From Macrostomum lignano (Eukaryota): a DNA stretch of 64,000 nucleotides. A program made the translations under genes and the position numbers. Below the pieces are notes generated by a model, which worked only from the letters and a program-made list of their open reading frames with translations, ran no database searches and was not told the origin of the DNA. Where the stretch lies: positions 1 to 64,000 of the forward strand of contig NIVC01003024.1 in the NCBI GenBank assembly GCA_002269645.1, written 5' to 3'. Shown here one piece after another: positions 12,957-23,700 of the stretch (positions are counted from its first letter, which is position 1; the number at the start of each line of letters is the position of its first letter).

Positions 12957-15900
12957 AGCCAGTCCCCAACTGCCACCCACCCCGCCCCACAGAGAGGTGG
13001 CTCACTCGGTGATGACCGACATGCGCACGATCGAGCAGACCGGAGACTCCAGCGCTTTCGGCCGCTCCAGCGCCGCCGTCCTCGGTGGCGGCGGCGCGGT
13101 CGCCATGGACGACCCCTACGGCAGCAGCAGCGCCGACCCCTGGGGCATGAAGCGCTCGCCAAGCTGGCAGTCCCGCCAAGCGGGCGGAGTGGACCGCAGC
13201 CTGCCAACCAACTCTGATTGGTCGGCCGCCTTGGGCAGCAACAGCCGCGCCAGCGAAGACGAATCGACCTTCGGCCGGGCGAGGCGCGCCGGCGGTGGCG
13301 GCGTGGGAGCCTCTGGACCCGTCGCCAATTCTGACGAAGCGCAACGCAAATTCGGCAACGCCAAGGCCATCAGCTCCGATATGTTCAGCGGCGGGCAGGT
13401 GGGTCTCCCGACTGAACCTGCGGCTGGCCTCCAGCCTCCCCAACCCTCTGGTTCTCTCCCCACCCCCTCTGCTTCTCTCCCCACCGCCTCTGCTTCTCTC
13501 CCCACCCCCTCTGCTTCTCTCCCCACCGCCTCTGCTTCTCTCCCCACCGCCTCTGCTTCTCTCCCCACCCCCTCTGCTTCTCTCCCCACCGCCTCTGCTT
13601 CTCTCCCCACCCCCTCTGCTTCTCTCCCCACCGCCTCTGCTTCTCTCCCCACCCCCTCTGCTTCTCTCCCCACCGCCTCTGCTTCTCTCCCCACCCCCTC
13701 TGCTTCTCTCCCCACCGCCTCTGCTTCTCTCCCCACCCCCTCTGCTTCTCTCCCCACCGCCTCTGCTTCTCTCCCCACCCCCTCTGCTTCTCTCCCCACC
13801 GCCTCTGCTTCTCTCCCCACCCCCTCTTCTTCTCTCCCCACCGCCTCTGCTTCTCTCCCCACCCCCTCTTCTTCTCTCCCCACCGCCTCTGCTTCTCTCC
13901 CCACCCCCTCTTCTTCTCTCCCCACCGCCTCTGCTTCTCTCCCCACCCCCTCTTCTTCTCTCCCCACCTCCTCTGCTTCTCTCCCCACCCCTCTTCTTCT
14001 CTCCCCACCCCTCTTCTTCTCTCCCCACCCCCTCTGCTTCTCTCCCCACCCCTCTTCTTCTCTCCCACCCCCTCTTCTTCTCTCCCCACTCCTCTTCTTC
14101 TCTCCCCACCCCCTCTGCTTCTCTCCCACCCCTCTTCTTCTCTCCCCACCCCCTCTTCTTCTCTCCCCACCCTCTTCTTTTCTCCCCACCCCCTCTTCTT
14201 CTCTCCCACCCTCTCTTTTTCTCTCCCCACCCCCTCTGCTTCTCTCCCCACCCCTCTTCTTCTCTCCCCACTCCTCTTCTTCTCTCCCACCCCTCTGCTT
14301 CTCTCCCCACCCCTCTTCTTCTCTCCCCACCCCCTCTTCTTCTCTCCCCACCCCTCTTCTTTTCTCCCCACCCCTCTTCTTCTCTCCCCACCCTCTCTTC
14401 TTCTCTTCCCACCCCCTCTTCTTCTCTTCCCACCCCCTCTTCTTCTCTCCCCACCCCCTCTGCTTCTCTCCCCCATCGCCAACTGCACAGCAACTCGTGA
14501 TTAAAGCTCCAATTATCAAATTTCCTTCTTAAGACCGAAGACAGCAGCGCCAACCTGAGCCGGTTCCAGGGCGCCACGGCCATTGGGTCAGCCGATTATT
14601 TTGGCAGCGGCTCCGCCGGGCGGCACGTACCCGGCGAGCCCTACTACGATCTGCAGGACCTCAAAGACGGAATGCGTTCAGGCGTCACCAAAGTAGCTGG
14701 CAAGCTGTCATCCATGGCTAGCGCAGCCTACGGCTCCATGCAGGTGGGCGGCGGAATGATGCAATATGAGCAATGTCCTCTGCTCAAATCCTTTCTTGAT
14801 CTGTATATTCATATTCCTGTCCATTCCTTTACTGTACCTAATCTCCCGCAGTGTACATTCCCCTACTGTACCTAATCTCCCGCAGTGTACATTCCCCTAC
14901 TGTACCTAATCTCCCGCAGTGTACATTCCCCTACTGTACCTAATCTCCCGCAGTGTACATTCCCCTACTGTACCTAATCTCCCGCAGTGTACATTCCCCT
15001 ACTGTACTTAATCTTCTGTAGTGTACATTCCCCTTCTGTACCTAATCTCCCGCAGTGTACATTCCCCTACTGTACCTAATCTCCCGCAGTGTACATTCCC
15101 CTACTGTACTTAATCTCCCGCAGTGTACATTCCCCTACTGTACCTAATCTCCCGCAGTGTACATTCCCCTACTGTACCTAATCTCCCGCAGTGTACATTC
15201 CCCTACTGTACCTAATCTCCCGCAGTGTACATTCCCCTACTGTACTTAATCTCCCGCAGTGTACATTCCGCTACTGAACCTAATCTCCCGCAGTGTACAT
15301 TCCCCTACTGTACCTAATCTCCCGCAGTGTACATTCCCCTACTGTACCTAATCTCCCGCAGTGTACATTCCCCTACTGTACTTAATCTTCTGTAGTGTAC
15401 ATTCCCCTTCTGTACCTAATCTCCCGCAGTGTATGTTCCCCTACTGTACTTAATCTTCTGTAGTGTACATTCCCCTTCTGTACCTAATCTCCCGCATTGT
15501 ATGTTCCCCTACTGTACGTAATCTTCTGTAGTGTACATCAATCCTTCAGTTATTTATAAAAATGCCTTACTAGTCTTACATAGTTGTTAATTAAGTCGCA
15601 AATTCTCTACCGCTACTACTAATACCGATTGATGGCATTTTTGACTGATTTTTTAAATAGTAAAAAATACTTTAGATTCGCTATTCAACTACTCGTAGTA
15701 GATTACAAAATGTTTAGCAACACAGTAGTGCATGCTGTAGTGCCTATTATAAATTATTTTGATTGCCAATACTAATAATTGCATAATAACCAACCGCCTC
15801 AAAAATTGGTTTGCCAAATCCGCCCCCCAATGCCCCTGCTTTTCTGTTCCGGTTTCAGCGGAAGCAGTGACAGACTGGAGACGTGAAGCAGCCGCCAGAG

Positions 15901-17717
15901 CTGGCGGGCAATCTCTGCAGTTGTCAATTAATTTTAATTTAATAAATTTACTAATAGCGTGAGTGTCCCTTGCTCAATGGTCAGAATTTATCACGTGCCT
16001 GTGCTGCTGAGCTTCCTTATCAGTTTTGCTATTTATCTTTGCTTAGCTTGTAGCGATGATAAACCTCTCTAAAATCTCTACTTAGCTAGTAGAGGGTGTA
16101 GTTCTTTTTAACTATAAGTTATCAGCCTTAACAGCGTGCGTGTGGCAATTACACCAGTTTGTCTGCCTGTTCTGTTTGGTTTCTTTGTTATACTTGTGTA
16201 GTCTTGTCTGTGAACACGAATTTTTCTTGAATTTCAGCTACAGTAAATGGCGGCTCTTTATAAGCTCGGAATTTCACGAAATTAGGTGAAGTTTCGAGTT
16301 TGTGAAGATTCGAGTTTTTGAGTTAAAGTCTCAAGTTTTTTACTTTCGAGTTTGTGAGTGAAGTTTCCAGTATTTGAGTAAATTTTCAAGTCTGAGAGTG
16401 AAGTTCCAAGTCTGAGAGTAAAGTTTCAAGTCTGAGAGTGAAGTTCCAAGTCTGAGAGTAAAGTTTCAAGTCTTTGAGTGAATTTTCAAGTCTGAGAGTG
16501 AAGTTTCAAGTCTGAGAGTGAAGTTTCAAGTCTGAGAGTGAAGTTTCAAGTTTGTGAGTGAAGTTTCAAGTTTGTGAGTGAAGTTTCGAGTCTGAGAGTG
16601 AAGTTTCAAGTCTGAGAGTGAAGTTTCAAGTCTGTGAGTGAATTTTCAAGTCTGAGAGTGAATTTTCAAGTCTGAGAGTGAAGTCTCAAGTCTGAGAGTG
16701 AAGTTTCAAGTCTGAGAGTGAAGTTTCAAGTCTTTGAGTGAAGTTTCAATTCTGAGAGTGAAGTTTCAAGTCTGAGAGTGAATTTTTAAGTCTGTGAGTG
16801 AAGTTTTAAGTCTGAGAGTGAATTTTCAAGTCTGTGAGTGAAGTTTCAAGTCTGAGAGTAAAGTTTCAAGTCTGAGAGTGAAGTTTCAAGTTTGTGAGTG
16901 AAGTTTCAAGTCTTTGAGTGAAGTTTCAAGTCTGAGAGTGAAGTTTCAAGTCTGAGAGTGAAGTTTCAAGTCTGAGAGTGAATTTTCAAGTCTGTGAGTG
17001 AAGTTTCAAGTCTGAGAGTGAAGTTTCAAGTTTGTGAGTGAAGTTTCAAGTCTTTGAGTGAAGTTTCAAGTCTGAGAGTGAAGTTTCAAGTCTGAGAGTG
17101 AAGTTTCAAGTCTGAGAGTGAATTTTCAAGTCTGTGAGTGAAGTTTCAAGTCTGAGAGTGAAGTTTCAAGTCTGAGAGTGAATTTTCAAGTCTGAGAGTG
17201 AAGTTTCAAGTCTGAGAGTGAATTTTCAAGTTTGTGAGTGAAGTTTCGAGTTTGAGTAAAGTTTCGAATTTTTAAGAATAGCTTTAAGTTTGTGAGTGAA
17301 GTTTCGAGTCTGTGTGTGAAGTTTCGAGGTTGTGAATGAAGTTTTGAGTTTTTGAGTGAAGTTTCGAGGTTGTGAGTGAAGTTTTGAGTTTGTAAGTGAA
17401 GTTTCCAGGTTGTGAATGAAGTTTTGAGTTTTTGAGTGAAGTTTCGAGGTTGTGAGTGAAGTTTTGAGTTTGTGAGTGAAGTTTCGAGTTTGAGTGAAGT
17501 TTCGAGGTTGTGAGTGAAGTTTTGAGTTTGTGAGTGAAGTTTCGAGTTTGAGTGAAGTTTCCAGGTTGTGAATGAAGTTTTGAGTTTGTGAGTGAAGTTT
17601 CGAGTTTGAGTTCAAGTTTCGTGGAAGTTGTGAAGACAATTAACCAGTAAAGTACTGAGAGTAATTTAGCTACCATCATAATCTACACCTGCATTTCAGG
17701 ATCGTTACGGCTACTGA
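9877..17717 (+). CDS. ARFGAP2: ADP-ribosylation factor GTPase-activating protein 2/3 (ArfGAP2/3, Glo3-type), 5-prime partial
   Basis: GT-AG exons in consistent phase: 9877-10068, 10887-10967, 11566-11976, 12652-12917, 12993-13398, 14534-14743, 17700-17717. Zinc finger [84 protein letters not shown] and C-terminus QDRYGY*. The N-terminal exon was not found. ARFGAP2 versus ARFGAP3 cannot be resolved; it is probably a single co-ortholog. Confidence 0.95.
10090..10720. repeat. Imperfect 10/30-bp C/A-rich minisatellite (catcccaaga/accccaatac) in ArfGAP intron
   Basis: Visible 10-bp subunits with 30-bp periodicity at 10090-10200. Confidence 0.9.
11030..11550. repeat. About 23-bp minisatellite (aatcgctcctaaaccactctaag) in ArfGAP intron
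   Basis: aatcgctcct recurs, e.g. at 11411 and 11434. Confidence 0.9.
12110..12590. repeat. 17-bp minisatellite (ccgttgggaatccccct) in ArfGAP intron
   Basis: Direct tandem copies visible. Confidence 0.9.
12922..12952. repeat. (TCTG)n microsatellite in a 75-nt intron
   Basis: tctgtctgtctg... directly after the donor gtgagt at 12918. Confidence 0.9.
13445..14472. repeat. 21-bp pyrimidine-rich minisatellite (ccccaccccctctgcttctct) in ArfGAP intron
   Basis: Tandem copies; translation gives a 7-aa period (SLPTPSA). Confidence 0.95.
14832..15538. repeat. 34-bp minisatellite (ctgtacctaatctcccgcagtgtacattccccta), about 21 copies
   Basis: ctgta recurs at 14866 and 14900, giving period 34. Confidence 0.95.
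16290..17630. repeat. 20-bp minisatellite (gaagtttcaagtctgagagt) in last ArfGAP intron
   Basis: Period 20 is clear from 16400 to 17240; a variant unit continues to 17630. Confidence 0.95.
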
Positions 17718-18584
17718 GCACGGACAAGCCCTGCATCACCTGTGCTCACCCGCATGTCGCATCAGATCAATCGCTTCGTCACTTTCGATACTGGATAAAA
17801 AATTAACAAAATGTTTCTTTTGTCCGCTTCTATAATAATGGTGTTTGGCAATCCCCTTCAATCCCTACAGCCAGTCTCAATTGTGTGCGTTTTACTCGCG
17901 TTTTTCCTGTGTTAACTATTACTATTATTAATAATATTATTGTTATAGAGTATCGTTTTAGTTATGATAATTTCATTACTCTGAAGTCCCAAGCGCTTGC
18001 TTAAAAGTCTAATAATAGATAGTAAAAGTACACTGCTTACTTGGATGCGCTGTCTGATTGCCTTGTGGTGAGCCTGTGTTTCATATTTATTTATTGTTGT
18101 TACTGAATGATAAGATTATTAATAAATTAATAAATCTTATTTTGCCGCATCTACAATTCTGCAACTTGATTGGAAATCCCGTTTTCTGAGCTGATGCCAA
18201 TTCCTGTCAGTAGTCAGTTATGCAAATTCGGAGAATTATTGATAAAACTGTTGGAATTCCATTGACAAGTTGTTTATTTATTATTTATGAGTACAAGTAA
18301 AGCTTTACTCGTATATCTGTTACTTCGTATTTATTCATTTTTTCTCCTGTTGCTTTGCAAACTCTGTTGATTGTGTTGCAGACAATTTCGCGTAAATTAT
18401 TTGTAGTAAGAGCGTTGGTAAAGCGAAATAATTAAAATAAATTAATAGATATCGTTTTCTGTGGCGACGGTTTTAAACGTAAAGCTGAGCCGTCTGTCTG
18501 CGCTCGCAAGTGCTGCCGATAAGTAATGACGGAAATATGAATTGAATGGCGTCCGGCTTCAGTTTTACTTAGCTGATGGGATGC

Positions 18585-18730
18585 AGGGAGACTGCTGATG
18601 GGCTGCAGGAAGATTGCTGATGGGGTGCAGGAAGATTGCTGATGGGGTGCAGGAAGATTGCTGATGGGGTGCAGGGAGATTGCTGATGGGGTGCAGGGAG
18701 ATTGCTGATGGGGTGCAGGGAGACTGCTGC
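18585..18730. repeat. 22-bp repeat (gattgctgatggggtgcaggaa) downstream of the NOP9 stop codon
   Basis: gattgctga at 18612 and 18634, about 6 copies. Confidence 0.9.
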
Positions 18731-18903
18731 TAGAAGGAAGACAAAGCGCACGAACACAGCAAGGGATTCCATAAAGAATTTGTCAATCTGCACAAACAAT
18801 AAAAATGCAGTAGGCAGTGGGCCTTTCAAACTGGTGTATTGTATTTCATATTGGCAACCAAAACTGCGCCACAGAGACAGGAGGAGTCAACTGGCTATCC
18901 AGA

Positions 18904-20695
18904 CTACTGGCTCTTGGCAGGCGGTTTTTTCTGCTTATTTGGCCACATTTTATGCCGCTTTTTAGACTTCGGCTGCTGACTGTCTTCTGCTTCCGCAGCT
19001 GTTACATCTTCGCGGGGACGCTTTGGCTGGTCCTGCTGTTTCTGCTTTTGCTTCTGGGCCTCGTCCAGCCGCTGCTGCAGCCGCTTCCAGTCTCCTGGCC
19101 GGGCAGCCAGCAGCTCGGGTGCAAATTTCTGGCAGGCGAATCTGCCGAACCGGTCAAGCCGCAGCCGCTCCAGCGCTGCCCGGCCGCCGGCGGCCAGCTG
19201 GCGGGCCACGCGTTCGCGCAGCCGGTGATCGCCGACAGCCCAGAAGGCGTCCAGAACTCGGCTGCCGTGCTTGTCGCAGCTCAGCTCCGCCAGGTTGTCC
19301 TGGGGATTGATTTTTTTCGAATTTAACATATCAGGCATTTCTTGAGCTAAGACGGCTTTTAAAAATATTTTTCTTATATTTCTACTGTAAGTAGGATACT
19401 TAATAAACGCTTAGTATTTTTATTTACTTTTTACACGCAATATTGCATCAGTAACGCAAAGATGTTTGTTATAATATAAACTTTAGACATAAACTTTAGA
19501 AATAAACTTTAGAGTTTATTAATTTAAGGTGGACCAGTCTAGGAGGCGTAAATATTAAATCACTTGAGCCTTTTATTGCTCATTACTTTTTCCTGCTCGA
19601 CTACAAGACCTGGTGGACTCTTAGACACTCAGAGATACAGGGCCAATCTTAGAATCAGACTGAAGGCGATCTAAGAATCAGACTGAAGGCGATTCTAAGA
19701 ATCAGACTGAGGGCGATTCTAAGAATCAGACTATGGGCGATTCTAAGAATCAGACTATGGGCGATTCTAAGAATGAGATTGAATGAGATTCTAAGAATGA
19801 GATACAGGGAGATTCTAAGAAAGAGATACTAGATTCTAAGAAAGAGATACTAGATTCTAAGAATGAGATACAAGATTCTAAGAATGAGATACAAGATTCA
19901 GAGAATGAGATACAGGGAGATTCTAAGAAAGAGATACAAGATTCAGAGAATGAGATACAGGGAGATTCTAAGAAAGAGATACTAGATTCTAAGAAAGAGA
20001 TACTAGATTCTAAGAATGAGATACAAGATTCTAAGAATGAGATACAAGATTCTAAGAATGAGATACAAGATTCTGAGAATGAGATAGAAGATTCTGAGAA
20101 TGAGATACAAGATTCTGAGAATGAGATACGAGATTCTGAGAATGAGATTCTAAGACGATTCTAAGAATGAGGCTGAGGGCGATTCTAAGAAACGCACCGG
20201 CTTTAACTTTAACAGCATTAAAACAAAAACAGATTTCTCCCACACAGCCAATAAGCAGAATTGCTGATACAATAAAAGCAAGGGCAACAGTCCGCAGCTC
20301 ACCAGCAGCCGATCGCACAGGCCCAGCTTGATGTCGGCTGGCACAGTGGAGCTGCTCAAACAGGCCTCAAACACCCGGTTGCCGCGCGGACACCGGCACA
20401 GCAGGGCAAGCCGCAGCGGTTGAGAGTGCATCAGGCTGGTGCACAGCAGCTTCGTGTCAGCAAAGCGGAGCAGCTCCTCCAGCAGCTGGCCGCCGGCAAC
20501 GCCCACGCCGCCGTCTGCGCCGGCGCCCACAGCTGCAACAGTGTCGAACAGCGCCGATGAGGAGTCTGCAGACTTGCATGATGATGCAGCTATCGAATCG
20601 AATTTGCGCATCAGCTGGGCTTGGAGACGGCGAGCTTCATCTTGGGGCAGAGGCTGAGCAGCTCGGCACTGCCTAGCTAGCACTACCTGAGGTTT

Positions 20696-20736
<41 letters not shown>

Positions 20737-23700
20737 TGATTACACCTCAGGTCTGGGGGCTCGCCACACATCCCCAATTACCCCAGCTAATGCTGGCACC
20801 CATTTTACAGCCGAGTGAACTGCAGCAATGCAGAGCTGAGTGTCTTGCTCAAAGACACCAAAATGTTTCGAGTGAGTCAAGAATCGAACCCCTGACCTTC
20901 AAGTCGTGAGTCTGACGCGGTTAGCCACTAGGCTACAACCCCCCACTAGGCTACAACTCACACTAGGCTACAACCCCCCACTAGGCTACAACCCCCACTA
21001 GGCTACAACCCCCCACTAGGCTACAACCCCCCACTAGGCTACAACCCCCCACTAGGCTACAACCCCCCACTAGGCTACAACCCCCCACTAGGCTACAACT
21101 CACACTAGGCTACAACCCCCCACTAGGCTACAACTCACACTAGGCTACAACTCACACTAGGCTACAACTCACACTAGGCTACAACCCCCCACTAGGCTAC
21201 AACCCCCCACTAGGCTACAACTCACACTAGGCTACAACCCCCCATTAGGCTACAACCCCTCACTAGGCTACAACCCCCCACTAGGCTACAACTCACACTA
21301 GGCTACAACCCCCCATTAGGCTACAACCCCTCACTAGGCTACAACCTAGGCTATAATTGATTCTAATTTCTAATCTCAAATATTGTCTCCGGTAGTTAAA
21401 TCCCATTCGATGCAAAGCACTTTGCCCAGAGAATACTGAGTGATTTTGAAGGGGTGTTGAAGGGGCAGCGATAGTCAGGGGGGGGGGGCGCCTGACTCTC
21501 AGACCGAAAGTCAGGCCGCTGTACATGTACACCCTGTGTGCGCGTGTGTATGCGTGCGCACAGCATTGGCGCAGCATGTGCTCAGGAGCCAGGGGAATGA
21601 GCAGAATTGTCTCACCCGATGAAAACTGCACCCAGGCCAAGAGGCATCCCAGAGCCACTTGAGTCACCTAAGAGTCACTGCAGGTAACACAGGTAAAATA
21701 GGAAAGGAGTGACTCTTAGACGACTCTAAAACGACGAAATGTCCCGGTGCAAATTGTCAAAGAGAAGTCAGAGAATCAATATTTGAGGCGTTTGACTGTC
21801 TACGACTCTGCGTCAGTTTATGAATTAGAATCGCATTTCGCATTTATAACAACTCAATTTAGTCTGCTTGAATAATGGAGTGTTGAGTCACGTGATGCGC
21901 ATGAACAGGAATTGAAAGCGGAGACCCTACCAGCAGCTGCTGCTGTCTGCCAGGCGGCTGCCGCATCGCCTCGGACAGCCAGCCGGCACAGGGCGAGTCG
22001 CCAACTGCCGAGGCCACCAGCTTGGCAAGCCAGTCGCCAGGCGGAGGGTCCGCTGTCGCCAGGCGCTGCAGGACGAAATTGGCGCTGGGATGCAGGGCCA
22101 GCGCAGCCTCCTTGCCGGCGATGTGGGCGGAGGCAAATTTGCGGAGCTGCTTCGGTGAGAGCAGAGAAACCAGCTGCTCCAGGAAGTAGCAGCCGGTGCT
22201 GCTGCACAGCAGGGAGGGGACGCTGCGGGCATGGGAAAGCATTGAGCATTTGGGGAAATTTGTTTGAAACCAAAATCTCTTTGTAGCTCATTTGATTCAA
22301 AATCTCACACCTGTAGTTTATTTGATTTAAAATCTCACACCTGTAGTTTATGTGATTCAAAATCTTACACCTGTAGTTTATTTGATTCAAAATCTCACAC
22401 CAGTAGTTTATTTGATTCAAAATCTCACACCTGTAGCTTATTTGATTCAAAATCTCACAAATCTCACAAAAGCTTAGCCATCTCAAAATCTCACACCTGT
22501 AGTTTATTTGATTCAAAATCTCACACCTGTAGTTTATGTGATTCAAAATCTTACACCTGTAGTTTATTTGATTTAAAATCTCACACCTGTAGCTTATTTG
22601 AGTCAAAATCTCACACCTGTAGTTTATGTGATTCAAAATCTTACACCTGTAGTTTATTTGATTTAAAATCTCACACCAGTAGTTTATTTGATTCAAAATC
22701 TCACACCTGTAGTTTATTTGATTCAAAATCTCACAAATCTCACAAAAGCTTAGCCATCTCAAAATCTCACACCTGTAGTTTATTTGATTCAAAATCTCAC
22801 ACCTGTAGTTTATGTGATTCAAAATCTTACACCTGTAGTTTATTTGATTTAAAATCTCACACCTGTAGCTTATTTGAGTCAAAATCTCACACCTGTAGTT
22901 TATGTGATTCAAAATCTTACACCTGTAGTTTATTTGATTTAAAATCTCACACCAGTAGTTTATTTGATTCAAAATCTCACACCTGTAGTTTATTTGATTC
23001 AAAATCTCACAAATCTCACAAAAGCTTAGCCATCTCAAAATCTCACACCTGTAGTTTATTTGATTCAAAATCTCACACCTGTAGTTTATGTGATTCAAAA
23101 TCTTACACCTGTAGTTTATTTGATTTAAAATCTCACACCTGTAGCTTATTTGAGTCAAAATCTCACACCTGTAGTTTATGTGATTCAAAATCTCACACCT
23201 GTAGTTTATTTGATTTAAAATCTCACACCAGTAGTTTATTTGATTCAAAATCTCACACCTGTAGTTTATTTGATTCAAAATCTCACACCTGTAGTTTATT
23301 TGATTCAAAATCTCACACCTGTAGCTTATTTGATTCAAAATCTCACACCTGTAGTTTATTTGATTCAAAATCTCACACCTGTAGTTTATTTGATTCAAAA
23401 TCTCACACCTGTAGTTTATTTGATTCAAAATCTCACACCTGTAGTTTATTTGATTCAAAATCTCACACCTGTAGTTTATTTGATTCAAAATCTCACACCT
23501 GTAGCTTATTTGATTCAAAATCTCACACCTGTAGTTTATTTGATTTAAAATCTCACACCTGTAGTTTATGTGATTCAAAATCTCACACCTGTAGTTTATT
23601 TGATTCAAAATCTCACACCAGTAGTTTATTTGATTCAAAATCTCACACCTGTAGTTTATTTGATTCAAAATCTCACACCAGTAGTTTATTTGATTCAAAA

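Noticed and set aside
12955-14583. 400-540 aa ORFs on both strands
   Set aside because: Produced by the 21-bp pyrimidine repeat; the real coding part ends at donor 13398.
20881-20940. tRNA gene
   Set aside because: A and B boxes are present but continue into a SINE core and tail; no complete cloverleaf seen.
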